Position numbers and translations under genes: made by a program
Notes under the pieces: model-generated
Seen by the model: only the letters and a program-made list of their open reading frames with translations
Database searches by the model: none
Told to the model about the DNA's origin: nothing
Assembly: GCA_051382305.1 (NCBI GenBank)
Contig: JBBCAV010000151.1
Coordinates: 1-58,689 of the forward strand
DNA from: Bdellovibrionota bacterium FG-2
GTDB taxonomy: Bacteria; Bdellovibrionota; UBA1018
Length of the DNA stretch: 58,689 nucleotides
Direction: 5' to 3'
Shown: positions 17,733-28,500 of the stretch, piece after piece
Numbering within the stretch: position 1 is the first letter of the stretch
How the letters are laid out: the number at the start of each line of letters is the position of its first letter

Positions 17733-20407
17733 TGTTCGAAGATCTTGGCGGCCTTGAGCCTCGTGCGCAGCTTTGTGTCGGGGTGGGGATTTCTAGAGAA
17801 GAAGTGAAGAATCAGATTCTGCAGCAGGGGATCCCGCTTGTTGCCAATGCGATCACCACCTTGCAAGATCTTTGCGCGGCTGTTTTGGAGAAAAAGACCG
17901 GATTTCCGATCAGTGAACGGATACTGGGAAATACGGCACGTGAAGAGATTCTGCGCGTGTTGGTTTCTAATCGCCATATAGGGGAGCATCTTCATCAGCT
18001 TAAAGAGCTTCGCAGGCAGAAAAACTTCTTTAGAAAACTCGACCGCGCGCTTCAGAATGGGCGTTTAGCCTATGCTCATGCGGATGAAGAGGCCGTATTT
18101 GATCAACGATTGACTGAGAGTTTTGGCGAAAATATCTTACGCCAAGAGGTGCGAGGGCTTGCGAGAGCTTACGAAGCTTGGATTCAGGCCACGGGGCATT
18201 GGGATATGCCGAGGCTTTTGCAAGAAGCCATTGAAGTGCTTAGGGAGGGCGATGCCGAAACCCTCCCGCTGATTCGCCATTTGAGCTGCCGGAAGCCTGA
18301 GGGGCTTGAGAAATTCTTTTGGGAGACGCTTGCGCAAGTGACCCAAGTCGAATCGTTGGATTTGGCTGTGGATTTGGCTGTGGGCGAATCTACCTTCCCG
18401 ATGCCCGCCTGGGATTGGCAGCGTAGCCATAGTCTTGATGATTCGGCAGAACACCTGGCGGACCAGCTTTTGATTGATCACGCTTGGAAGCGTGCAGCCG
18501 TTTTGATTCCCGATGATCCCAACGTTCGGAGAAGCTTGCTTCGGGCCCTAGAGGGCCGAGGAATTCCGCTCGTGGACCCTCGGGATCCGACTCGGCTGAA
18601 ATGGGATGAGGCTGCGAAGCTCGCTCTTTTGCCGTTGGAACTGGTGGGGCGCGATTTTTCGCGCAACGAGGTCTTGCGCTGGATTACACAGTGGCCGAGG
18701 CTCAAGCCTCCTCTGGCACCGCGCTCGCAATGGATCAAGGAGATTCATCGAAAAGGCGTCCGCATGGGGCTTGCTTCTTATTCGGGTGAGAAACTGAGTG
18801 AACTCAATCATGAATTGGTAGCGGTGTTTGAGATTTTGAATGGGAAGAAGACGTGTCGCGAAGTGGGTATGGCTCACGTAAAAATTTTGCGAGAACTGGC
18901 GCAGGGGTTTGAGGAGTGGATCGGGTTTTTTGAAAGTTTTTGGGAAAGTTTTGCCGATGATTTATCCCGGGTGGGATCGGTCTCCAAGAAGGCGCCCGCT
19001 CGTTTTTGGCTTGAGCGCGCGCAAGATCGTCTCGCTTTGGCTTCGCCTCCTGCTCCTCGGTTTAGGCCTGAACATGGGGTTGCGCTCTATCGGCTGCAGA
19101 ATGCTTCATTAAAAAGCTACGAAAAATTATGGATTTTTGGCGCCCCTGGCGATTGGTTGGAGAAGGCCCAAGAAGGCGATTTGTGGTTTTCGGTCCGCGA
19201 TCGAGACCTTTTGTCCGGAGAATTTGATCTTCACTCGACGCGCGCACGTTGTGAGCAGCGTCGCCGTAATTTGTGGGGATGGTTTTCACGCACCCAGAAC
19301 GTATCATTTTTTGATTCGGCTTATGATCCCGATGGTAAAGAGCGAGAACCCTTGAATAGCTTTTTGAAAGATTTAGGAGTTCTTGAGTTGCAGGCTACAG
19401 AAGTAGGGACTCATCCGCGATTTGCGCAAAGCTATAACCCCTTTCGGGGGTTACCTCCGCAGGAAGTACGGTTGGCTGCGCGTGGCACGGAGTTTACGGC
19501 TACGGCTTTGGATCATGCCTCTCAGTGTGGACTGTTTTCGCTCGTCGTGGATCGGTGGAGGGTTTTTGAGCAGGAGGAAACCGATATTGTGCTTTGGCCT
19601 CAGGTTCGGGGGTCACTCCTTCATGATTGCGTGAGTCGATTATTGAAGACTCGGGTTTTCTCGGAGGGCAGCGTTGAGTTTACGAAGACCGCGCAGGATA
19701 CCGTCGAAGAAGTTTGGGCTGAACATCCTCCGGAAGGGTTGCTGAAGAGTATTCGTATCGTAAAGGTGATTAAGAAACAGTTGGCGCAAATTCTTGAGAC
19801 CTTCATGAAAAAAGAGAAAGAATTTTGGGATCGAGCGCAGACCCAGACGCGGGCTATCGATGATATGACGCTTGAGCTTGAAGTGGGAGGGGTGAAAATC
19901 ACCGGCAGGCCCGATCGAATTGAAGAGACTCGAGAGGCACTGTTGATTTCTGATTTTAAAACAAGCTCCGCACTTCCGCATGGGGCTGATATGTTGGATT
20001 TGTCTTATCGTTTGCAGCTGCCGTTTTACGCTTTGGCCGCCCAAAAGGCGCTGCACAAACCGGTCTTGGGCATTCAATTTGTGGAACTCACTAAACAAGG
20101 CTCTCGAACGAAGGGAGTGTTTTTTCCAGAGGTCAGTGGCAAGCAGGCTGGCGCGTGGGTTAATCTTCGCGCGAATTCCCGGAGTTTGATGGGGGAGGAG
20201 CCTCACGGAAGTTGCGAAGACGTCTGGGCTCGTTTTGCGGCACATATAGGGGCAGAAGTTGAGAAAATGAAATCCGGAATTTATTACGCTGCGCCTAAGA
20301 TGCGCAAGGATTGTGATCGCTGTCGGGTCTCTGATTGTTGCGGTTTTCGCAGGCTCACCGCCGCGCCCGAGGAAGACGAAGGAGGGGGCGGTGAGCAGTT
20401 TATCTAG
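17732..20407 (+). CDS. addB: AddB/RexB-like subunit: degenerate helicase fold plus C-terminal PD-(D/E)XK nuclease with Fe-S cysteines
   Basis: GSLLH, GRPDRIE, ISDFKT, QLPFYA, Cys in HASQC plus CDRCRVSDCC; upstream of a UvrD-type gene. Confidence 0.8.
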   Translation: MFEDLGGLEPRAQLCVGVGISREEVKNQILQQGIPLVANAITTLQDLCAAVLEKKTGFPISERILGNTAREEILRVLVSNRHIGEHLHQLKELRRQKNFFRKLDRALQNGRLAYAHADEEAVFDQRLTESFGENILRQEVRGLARAYEAWIQATGHWDMPRLLQEAIEVLREGDAETLPLIRHLSCRKPEGLEKFFWETLAQVTQVESLDLAVDLAVGESTFPMPAWDWQRSHSLDDSAEHLADQLLIDHAWKRAAVLIPDDPNVRRSLLRALEGRGIPLVDPRDPTRLKWDEAAKLALLPLELVGRDFSRNEVLRWITQWPRLKPPLAPRSQWIKEIHRKGVRMGLASYSGEKLSELNHELVAVFEILNGKKTCREVGMAHVKILRELAQGFEEWIGFFESFWESFADDLSRVGSVSKKAPARFWLERAQDRLALASPPAPRFRPEHGVALYRLQNASLKSYEKLWIFGAPGDWLEKAQEGDLWFSVRDRDLLSGEFDLHSTRARCEQRRRNLWGWFSRTQNVSFFDSAYDPDGKEREPLNSFLKDLGVLELQATEVGTHPRFAQSYNPFRGLPPQEVRLAARGTEFTATALDHASQCGLFSLVVDRWRVFEQEETDIVLWPQVRGSLLHDCVSRLLKTRVFSEGSVEFTKTAQDTVEEVWAEHPPEGLLKSIRIVKVIKKQLAQILETFMKKEKEFWDRAQTQTRAIDDMTLELEVGGVKITGRPDRIEETREALLISDFKTSSALPHGADMLDLSYRLQLPFYALAAQKALHKPVLGIQFVELTKQGSRTKGVFFPEVSGKQAGAWVNLRANSRSLMGEEPHGSCEDVWARFAAHIGAEVEKMKSGIYYAAPKMRKDCDRCRVSDCCGFRRLTAAPEEDEGGGGEQFI

Positions 20408-23297
20408 CGAACAGCGCGCCGTTGTGGAGTCTTGGGGCCGGGGCATGGCGGTTTTGGCAGGGGCAGGCTCTGGGAAAACGACGACTCTAGTTGCCAAGTG
20501 TGAAGCCTTACTGAGGCGCAATCCCGAAGCGCGCTTTGCGGCCATCAGTTTTACGGAGCGTTCTGCGAGTGATTTGCGGGTGAAACTCACCCAAGTCTTG
20601 GGGCAGCTCAAACCGCTGCGGCCGCTTGAGTCTCATTGGGTCATGACGATTCATGGATTTTGCGGATCCGTTTTGCGTGAGTTTCCCCGGGCAGCGGGCA
20701 AGGATGGTGAGGAGCGCGTGCTCTCGGAGCTGGAGTCAAAGATTCTCTGGGAGCGCTCGGTGGAGTCTCTGTGGGCGGATGAACTACCCGCAGAATTGTC
20801 GGGAGCTTTGGATTTGCTGCTTTTTCGCGAGACCGTCTCTTCGTTGGTGGATCTCTTGGATCGCCTTAAACGACTCGCACATTTTGGTGCAGGAGAAGGC
20901 TTGAGTTGCTTAGCAGATCCCTGCGCGCAGACTTTGAACAAGGTGTTTGCCTTTGTGCTTGCGCGCTATGAACAAAAGAAGATGCGGCAAGGTGCGATTG
21001 ACTTTGATGATCTGGAAAAGGGCGCGCAGCGTGTACTTGCCCATCCTGAGATCGCGAGGGTTTTTCAAAAGCGGTTTGATCTGATTTTAGTGGATGAGTT
21101 TCAAGATACCAATCCCGTTCAAGCGCAAATTGTTTCGAGGTTTGTAAAATCAGATTTTTCAAACCTTTGCGTGGTGGGCGATCCTAAACAATCCATTTAT
21201 CGTTTTAGAGATGCCGACGTCGCGGTATTTGAGGAATTTTGTGCTAAGCTTCCGGAGCGGCATTCTTTGACTTGGAACTTCAGAAGTCGGCCGGGGATTA
21301 TTCATTTTGTAAATGAACTATGTGAGCAGACATTTCGGGGCTCGCCTGTCGCATTTGAAGCGTTGGTTCCTAAACGGCCACCAAAAGATTCGGAACCCAG
21401 TGTCCTTCGCCTAGATATTGAGGATCCGGGGCAACTTGCGGCTTGGATCTTGGCGGAGCGTGAAAAGGGCGTACCTTTGGAGGATATGGCCATTCTCATG
21501 AGGAGAATTCGCGGAAACGAGCGGTGGCTAACGGCACTGATCTCGGCAGGCGTACCCGTCGTGGTTGGAAGTGGCGGTTTTTTTTGGGATGAACCTCGCG
21601 TGCGCGAAATGGTGGCGTTGCTTAGGTGGTGGGAGCAACAAGATATGTCGGTGTCCGCGATTAGTTTCTTGCGGGCACCGTGGGTGGGGATTCCTGATAC
21701 CCAGATCGATGAATGGGTTAGCATGGGAGGCAAGAGCGAGAAGAGTGCACTTTGGAGTGCTTTTATTGCATCCGCCTTTCCGATTGCGCAGGCGTTAGCG
21801 CCGCTGTTAAAAAAGAGTGTACGACCCGCCGAAGTGTTGCGCGCGGTTTTTGAGGCAATGCCGCAAGCGGAGCAGGAACTCGGAGTTTCTTACTTAGGTT
21901 TGTGGCATCGAGTAGAGGAGCTTTCTTCGGCGGGGGTCGATTTTTCGGGAGTGGTTCGTGAAATTTCGCAGGCCATTAAAGAAGGACGAAGAGCGCAGGA
22001 TCTTCCGCCTCCCCGAAACCTGGGGCAGCTCATCGTGATGACCCTTCATGGCGCCAAGGGGCTGGAGTTTCCTCACGTAATTCTGGTCGATTTTGGGAAA
22101 AAGCCGCGAGGCGCTGATGCACCTCTTTTGTATTGGGATCGCGGTCAAGGGGCGCACTTGGCCTCTCGTACGCCTGAGGGAGAGCGGGATCGTAAGAATC
22201 AAGCGGATCTAAAATGGAGACAATTCGAAAATGAAAAGGAGTTGGCGGAGAGTAAACGACTTTTTTATGTCGCCCTGACTCGACCTCAAGAACGGCTTGT
22301 TTTGGTTTGTGAGGCGCTTTCGAAACCCGAGAAGATATTGGAGTTAGAAGAAAAGGGTAAGACCTATCATGAAGATTGGTGGAGAGCTTGGCTTGATTCA
22401 TCAATGGTTCAGAAACGCGGAGAGTGGGTCGTTCAGCAAAGTGTTTCAAAGCTTAAGCTGCAGGCGAAGCCAATGGGGCTCGCTCAACCCTATGTGATCG
22501 CAAAAAATCTGGAGCTTCGATCACAGATCAGGCCTCGCCATAGTGTTTCGGAGTGGAACCTTCTTGCGCGTTGTCCGCGGGCGTATGAGTGGACTTACGT
22601 TAGACCTGTGGCCCCGGTGCCCAAAGAACCTAAAGAGCTCCAAGAACCCAAAGACCTTCCAAAATTTCAGCGCGTCGGGGGCGGGGCGATGACCCAAGTT
22701 GAAGTGGGCACGGAAGTCCATCAGGCGCTCGAGAGACAGGATTGGGCGAGACTTGATGATTTGGAAATTTTGGCTGGACGTTATCGCGTCAACGCGGAGC
22801 GGATTCGTGCTTGGGCAGAGTCATCGCTGTTGATGAGACCTGAGATAAAGCCAACAAGGCGTGTGTGGGCAGAGCTTGCTTTTGAAATTCCAATGGAGGG
22901 CGGTCATGCTCTCGTCGGTGCGATGGATCGGTTAGTGCTCGACGACGGAAAGGCACAGGTCATTGATTTCAAAATTACTACCCGCCCCGCAAAAATCGAG
23001 GATCTTAGAATTAACTATCAAACTCAGATGGCGCTTTACGCTGAGGCCGTCAGAAAATTGACATCACATATGGGGGATTGTCTGGCGGTTGAGGCGTGGA
23101 TCGTGAACATTTCTGGGGCGGAAATTAATGAGTACAAGATTGAGACCGGAAAAACGTCAAACTCCTGGCGAAGCCTTCAAACGCAGGCCTCTGAGATTGC
23201 CAGTGGAGCGCCGGGAATTGAAAATTTTAGCGCTCGATGCGAAAAATGCCCGTTTTTCGGTTGCTGTCCTAAAGGGGGCCTTGCTACACTAAATTAA
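20391..23297 (+). CDS. addA: AddA-like UvrD helicase-nuclease
   Basis: AGAGSGKT, TIHGFC, VDEFQDTN, VGDPKQSIYRFR, NFRS, TLHGAKGLEF, FYVALTR, GAMDRL..IDFK; SD GGAGG before GTG. Confidence 0.88.
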   Translation: MSSLSSEQRAVVESWGRGMAVLAGAGSGKTTTLVAKCEALLRRNPEARFAAISFTERSASDLRVKLTQVLGQLKPLRPLESHWVMTIHGFCGSVLREFPRAAGKDGEERVLSELESKILWERSVESLWADELPAELSGALDLLLFRETVSSLVDLLDRLKRLAHFGAGEGLSCLADPCAQTLNKVFAFVLARYEQKKMRQGAIDFDDLEKGAQRVLAHPEIARVFQKRFDLILVDEFQDTNPVQAQIVSRFVKSDFSNLCVVGDPKQSIYRFRDADVAVFEEFCAKLPERHSLTWNFRSRPGIIHFVNELCEQTFRGSPVAFEALVPKRPPKDSEPSVLRLDIEDPGQLAAWILAEREKGVPLEDMAILMRRIRGNERWLTALISAGVPVVVGSGGFFWDEPRVREMVALLRWWEQQDMSVSAISFLRAPWVGIPDTQIDEWVSMGGKSEKSALWSAFIASAFPIAQALAPLLKKSVRPAEVLRAVFEAMPQAEQELGVSYLGLWHRVEELSSAGVDFSGVVREISQAIKEGRRAQDLPPPRNLGQLIVMTLHGAKGLEFPHVILVDFGKKPRGADAPLLYWDRGQGAHLASRTPEGERDRKNQADLKWRQFENEKELAESKRLFYVALTRPQERLVLVCEALSKPEKILELEEKGKTYHEDWWRAWLDSSMVQKRGEWVVQQSVSKLKLQAKPMGLAQPYVIAKNLELRSQIRPRHSVSEWNLLARCPRAYEWTYVRPVAPVPKEPKELQEPKDLPKFQRVGGGAMTQVEVGTEVHQALERQDWARLDDLEILAGRYRVNAERIRAWAESSLLMRPEIKPTRRVWAELAFEIPMEGGHALVGAMDRLVLDDGKAQVIDFKITTRPAKIEDLRINYQTQMALYAEAVRKLTSHMGDCLAVEAWIVNISGAEINEYKIETGKTSNSWRSLQTQASEIASGAPGIENFSARCEKCPFFGCCPKGGLATLN

Positions 23298-23301
23298 GAT
23301 C

Positions 23302-24030
23302 ATGAAAAGCAACGGAAATTACCAAGGATGGGGGTTTCAGGTAGTGTGGGTGGCAATCGCTCTGCTGTGGCTTACGTTAGTAGCCTTCAGTTGGGCGCAG
23401 GCTGCGCAGGCTTCCGATGAATATAACTTCAATTGGCTTGATACGGATAAGCAGGTTTACGTTTTACAAAACCGGCGTTATTCAAAATCAGGTCATTTGC
23501 TTCTCAGTGTGATGGGAGGTCCGGGATTATCTGATCCCTATCGAATGACCTTTCACATTGATCCGCGGGTCGCTTTTTATTTCACCGAAGAATTCGGGAT
23601 TGAAGCGTTTTATGTCGGAGTGATGAACTCTGAAAATAATACGTTCAAAGCCTTTGCGCAGGCCGCGCCCAATGCACTGTCCGTCGTACGAGAGATTCGG
23701 GGGGAAATGGGGGGGCTCATTCATTGGGTGCCTTGGTATGCAAAGATCAATGTCTTTAACTCCATTCTCTATTTCGATTGGTATTTTGCCGGAGGCGCGG
23801 GGACGCTGAGTTCACGAGTGGAGGGCACTTCGGCTGCTTCTGGTTTTGTTGATCAAAAGTTGTTTTCGTTTTTTGCGGCCACCGGGCATCAGTACCATCT
23901 TTCGCAACTCTGGACGGTTCGTCTGGATATCATGGGAGCTTATTATAGCGCGCCGATTTATGGCACGGGGCAGGAGAATGCGTGGTTTTCCAATTACCGT
24001 TTCGGTCTTGGGCTCGGTTTGCGGCTTTAG
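23302..24030 (+). CDS. Outer-membrane beta-barrel protein, GltA/GltB/GltH-like (gliding)
   Basis: Signal peptide; VYVLQNR, WVPWYAKI, LYFDWYF, terminal beta-signal GLGLRL; first gene of the glt run. Confidence 0.75.
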   Translation: MKSNGNYQGWGFQVVWVAIALLWLTLVAFSWAQAAQASDEYNFNWLDTDKQVYVLQNRRYSKSGHLLLSVMGGPGLSDPYRMTFHIDPRVAFYFTEEFGIEAFYVGVMNSENNTFKAFAQAAPNALSVVREIRGEMGGLIHWVPWYAKINVFNSILYFDWYFAGGAGTLSSRVEGTSAASGFVDQKLFSFFAATGHQYHLSQLWTVRLDIMGAYYSAPIYGTGQENAWFSNYRFGLGLGLRL

Positions 24031-25580
24031 TCGTATTTGTTTCAACTGTAGCCGTTGCAGAGGAGCCGGATTCCGCTTCATATTTGCATGATTCTCAAAA
24101 ACTGTTTGAGACGGGGCAGTATTTCAAAGCCGCACGCTATGCTTTTGCCGCGGCAGAATATGCACCGAGCGACTCCAAGGTCGTGCATACCGCCTACTCC
24201 TGGATCACGGTGAGTTTGGTTAAGGCAGGACTTCCGAATGCGGCTTCCTATTTTTTCATCAAGACGCTGCAGAGTGGGGAAACTGCTGCGATTCGGCGCG
24301 TTTTGAGTGAAACGGAGTCTTTGCTCTTGAGTTTGGGGGGCGAGTTGCTCAGACCCTATCTCATTCGCCACACCAAGTATCCGGATTATGACCCGATCAA
24401 TAAGAGTGCTTATCTTTTTTCTTTGGGAAAAGACGCGCTTCTGTCCAATAAGTCAGATGCGGCGATCAAGTATTTTTCTGGAATGAATGAAGCCACTCCG
24501 CTTTGGCCGTTTGCCCTGCAACTTCGGGGATCGGCTTATGCGATTTTGGGCAAGGATGTGCTTGCGATTGCGGATTTTAAATCCTGTGCTTCTCGTGCGG
24601 CCGCGCAAATCGGTGAGGGGGAGCGTTTTCGCGAATTTGATGATCTCAAAAATCGCTGCATTGCGGGTGAGGCGCGTACGCTTTACCAGATGGATCGCTT
24701 TGATGATGCCGACCGTACCTATGATCGGATTCCGAAGGCAAGTTTCGTATGGCCCGATATTCTTTTTGAGCAAGCTTGGAGTTCCTATGGGCGGCAAGAG
24801 TATAACCGGACCCTAGGCAAACTTGTTTCGTATAAAAGTCCGGCGCTTAAGTTTGTTTTTAATTCCGAAGTGGATGTCTTGCGGGCCCAGACTTTCTTAA
24901 GTCTTTGTCTTTATGAAGACGCCAATCAGGTCATTAATGAATTTAACTCTCAATATAGTCGCGTCGGAGAAACGGTTAAAGAGTTTGTCGAGAGTCAGTC
25001 CTCGCAATTGGGGGCGTTTTTTGAGCTGGGGAAAAAAGCGTTGGGCGAATCACTTTATACTTCTAACGAGACCTACCAGATGGCGAATGCTTTTGTGCGT
25101 AGCCCCTATTTTCAGGGACTTGTGAAGGCAGAAAGAGACGTTCGTTCCGAGCGGCAGGCCGTGGAGCAGTTCTCGAGCATGCTCAAAGGGGTGAGTTTTT
25201 CTTCAGGTAAAGGTTTTGCGGGTTTCTTGAAGCAGGTCTTAGATTGGAGAGCGGAGTCGGTTCGTATTTTGGGCGGCGGATTTGTAAAAAACGGGCTTAT
25301 TGAAACCCATGCGGCTTTGATTTCAAATTTTGAGAAGATGGCATTCATCAAGCTGGAGATGCTCAAACATGCCAAGGAACGCCTCATAAACAAGCGGCCT
25401 TCGGCGTTGGAGCGCACGCGCGGCAACGAGCGTCCTCGTCGAAAAAACTATCAATATTACTGGTCTTTTAACGGCGAATTTTGGAATGATGAACTTGGAG
25501 ATTATGTTTTTGGTCTTGAATCTGAGTGCCGCGAATCGCCCGAAGCACGCGACAAAAAGGTGAGTGTCCGTGATAATTAA
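23982..25580 (+). CDS. gltC: TPR protein, GltC-like
   Basis: TPR-like helices, WPDILFEQAW, LSLCLY and C-terminal YWSFNGEFWNDELGDY typical of GltC; start uncertain. Confidence 0.75.
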   Translation: MVFQLPFRSWARFAALVVFVSTVAVAEEPDSASYLHDSQKLFETGQYFKAARYAFAAAEYAPSDSKVVHTAYSWITVSLVKAGLPNAASYFFIKTLQSGETAAIRRVLSETESLLLSLGGELLRPYLIRHTKYPDYDPINKSAYLFSLGKDALLSNKSDAAIKYFSGMNEATPLWPFALQLRGSAYAILGKDVLAIADFKSCASRAAAQIGEGERFREFDDLKNRCIAGEARTLYQMDRFDDADRTYDRIPKASFVWPDILFEQAWSSYGRQEYNRTLGKLVSYKSPALKFVFNSEVDVLRAQTFLSLCLYEDANQVINEFNSQYSRVGETVKEFVESQSSQLGAFFELGKKALGESLYTSNETYQMANAFVRSPYFQGLVKAERDVRSERQAVEQFSSMLKGVSFSSGKGFAGFLKQVLDWRAESVRILGGGFVKNGLIETHAALISNFEKMAFIKLEMLKHAKERLINKRPSALERTRGNERPRRKNYQYYWSFNGEFWNDELGDYVFGLESECRESPEARDKKVSVRDN

Positions 25581-28500
25581 GATCTTGAGTTTAGCGCTGA
25601 TTCTTGGCTGGAGCGTATCAGGGACCAAAGCGTTGGCGCAGTCTGCGTATTCTGATTCTGAAATCCGCAATGGTGAAACTTCAGAAGAGGCAAAAATTCG
25701 AGAGCTGCGAGGCCAAGAAATCACGCAAATTCGAATTGCCTTGGGCAGACGAGCTCCTGAGAATCGGAGGGCGGATTTATATCTTCGACTGGCCGAGCTC
25801 GACCTAGAGGGCTATCGGGCCGAGTTTCTGCTCGAAGGCAGGGTTCATGAGAAACGCATTGAAAAAGGGCAAGAGAGCCCCCAGATTGATCGTTCCCATT
25901 CAAGGACTTTTTTGGCGGCAGGGATACGGGCATGCAAGGAGATTTTGGCGTTAGAGATTGCCTACGCGCGGTTGGATCAGGTTTACTACTTTCTGGCTTA
26001 TAACTCCGCTGAACTCGGAAATCGTGAGGAGAGTCTGCGGTATTTTGAGCATCTCATTCAAAAATTCCCCCAGAGCGCGTACGTTTCTGATGGGTACCGC
26101 GAGCTTGGGGATTCTGCTTTTCAGGCTGGGGATTTTCAGAAAGCGAAATCTTTTTTTGAGGCAGCCGCCAAAGGCGCAACTCCCGAGCAAAAACCTCGCA
26201 TTTTGCACAAGCTTGCGTGGGTTTTTTATCGCTTGCGACAACCGGATCGTGCGGTGATCGCGTTGAAAGAAGCGGTCGAGATCGCCTCCAAGGGGGGCGA
26301 GAAGTTTCTTTCGCTCAAGGAAGAAGCGTTGCGGGACATGGCGATCTTTATGACTGAAGATGGAAAGGTTCAAGATGCCTTGGCGTATTTTAATACAACA
26401 TCAGGGGACAAGACCTTTTTCCCAAAACTTCTTGAACGTCTGGGTAAGCAATATGAACGCAATGTCCAACCGGAGAAGGCCACAGAAGTTTATGAAACAT
26501 TGCTTAAGACTCACCCTGGGAGCGACGCCGCGTTTCGGGTGGTCGCGAAGCTCATTGATTTGGATCTCAGGCGGGGACGTAATAATGATGCGTTGACTCG
26601 TCTTCAGAAACTCACCATTCCCAAAAGTGGCGATACAGAAACTCTCACGGCGGCTCAGAACCTTCGAGCGATGATTCGTAGAACCGCGACAGAGCATCAT
26701 GATGAGTTTAGAAGAAAATCAAATCGGGAAGCCTTGGTCGTTAGTGAAGCCTATTACACGGCCTATTTGGGAGTTTTTCTTTCGGTTGAAGATAGTCGAA
26801 AAGAAACCCCAGAAATCCAAATGTATCTTGCGGAGGTGAAGCGCGAACTTGGAAAGTTGCCCGAGGCATCAGATCTCTATCGCAAGGTCGTGGATTCGCG
26901 CGATCAGCGCTATGCCAAAGAGGCGGCGGCGCTTTGGACGGCAAGTCTGGCAGATGCGATTCAAAAACAGACCGCAGGCAATGGGACGAAGACTGCGAAA
27001 GTTTCGGACCCTTCGGATCTTGAAAAACAGTTCGTTGAAGCCACTGATACGCTCCAAACGTCTTTGGGCGATACCTCTGAGGGGCGAGATTCTGCGTTGA
27101 AAGCCGCACAAGTTTTGGCAGGCTATTCGGGGTCCCAAAAAGAAGCGGTAAAGAGGCTCAAAGCGATTATCGATCGGACGCCCAAGTCATCGCAGGCTCT
27201 CATGGCTGCTCGGTTGTGGCTTCAGGTTTATTCGGACCAGGTTCCTACTGTTGCTTCAATGGCTGCAGACACAGATCCGGTGAAACTTGCGGTTGAGGGG
27301 CTTAAGGAGGCCGTCAAAGAGGTGAGCGAAAATTCGGCGCTCCTGGCTAACGATCAGAAAAATAGCGGTGGGAAATTGAAGCTTTTTGTTTCAGATCTGG
27401 GGCAGCGGCTAAAGATTGGTCTTATTGCAAGACAAGAGCACGGTAAAGATTTTGGCGAAGCTGCGAAAGGGTATGAAGCTTTGGGGCTGGAAACCGCCGC
27501 CAAAGATGTTTCGGAGAAAGCTTTTGCCAGTTCCTTGATTAGCTTTCAAAAAGCGGGCCTCGCAGTGGATACGGAGCGAGTGAGTGGGGAGTGGTTGAAG
27601 CGTTTTCCCAAGAGCCCCAAGGCGCTTGAGTCGATTCGGACCTCGGCGACGGGTTGGTTTATTGCCGGGTCGATGTTGACGTCGGCGCGGTTGTTTGAAA
27701 AATTGGGGCGTGAAGGCGGAACGCCCGAGTCTTTAGAAACAGCGGCTCGAATTTATGAAGGGGAGGGGGAGTTTGCGAAGTCGCAATTGACGCGTGAAGC
27801 GTTTCTGAGCATTCATGCGAAATCTCCACTTCGGTGGTCGGTGGCGCTAACTCTTGCGCGATCCTATGCAAGTACGGATAAGGAAAACGAGGCAAAGCGT
27901 ATCTATAAGTTTTGTTTGACGGGGCCGGCAGAAGTCGATGCTGAATGTGCGTCTCGCCTTGGGGACCTTTTAGCAAAATCCGGAGAAACGGTTCAGGCTA
28001 AGGGGATGTACAAAAAAGCGGCAGGGCTTGTGACTTCGGGGAGTTCTGGACAAAAAGGCAAAGCAGAATCTTTCTCTCCGTTTGTGGGCTATGCGCGTTT
28101 TCGCTTAGCCGAAATGATGGAGGGGGAGTCGCATTTTGAGAGTTTGCAGCTTCCGGAAACGCAGCTCAAGAAGGCGCTTGATCAGCGGATGTGGTTCTTG
28201 GAACCTTTGACGAAGGCGTATACCGCGGCCGTTGAAGTGGGGGGGCCTTGGGGGATTGCGGGACTTCATCGCCTAGGCTTATGGGCCTATAACTTTGCAG
28301 AAGAGATTGATCGAATTCCTCCTCCTGCTTCGGTGACCCCGGGGACAGACCTTGTGGCCTTTCAGGCGCAGTTTAAGAAGAATCTGGAGGCCCTGAGCGT
28401 TCCTCTTCGCACGAAGGCATTTTCGACGTGGTCTGAAGCTTATTCGAAGGCTGTAGTTTTAGAAATTCTGAGTCCCGCCCTTCCAGAAATTCTCGATGGG

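Noticed and set aside
19640-20611. 323-aa minus-strand ORF
   Set aside because: Antisense to the addB/addA junction; shadow frame
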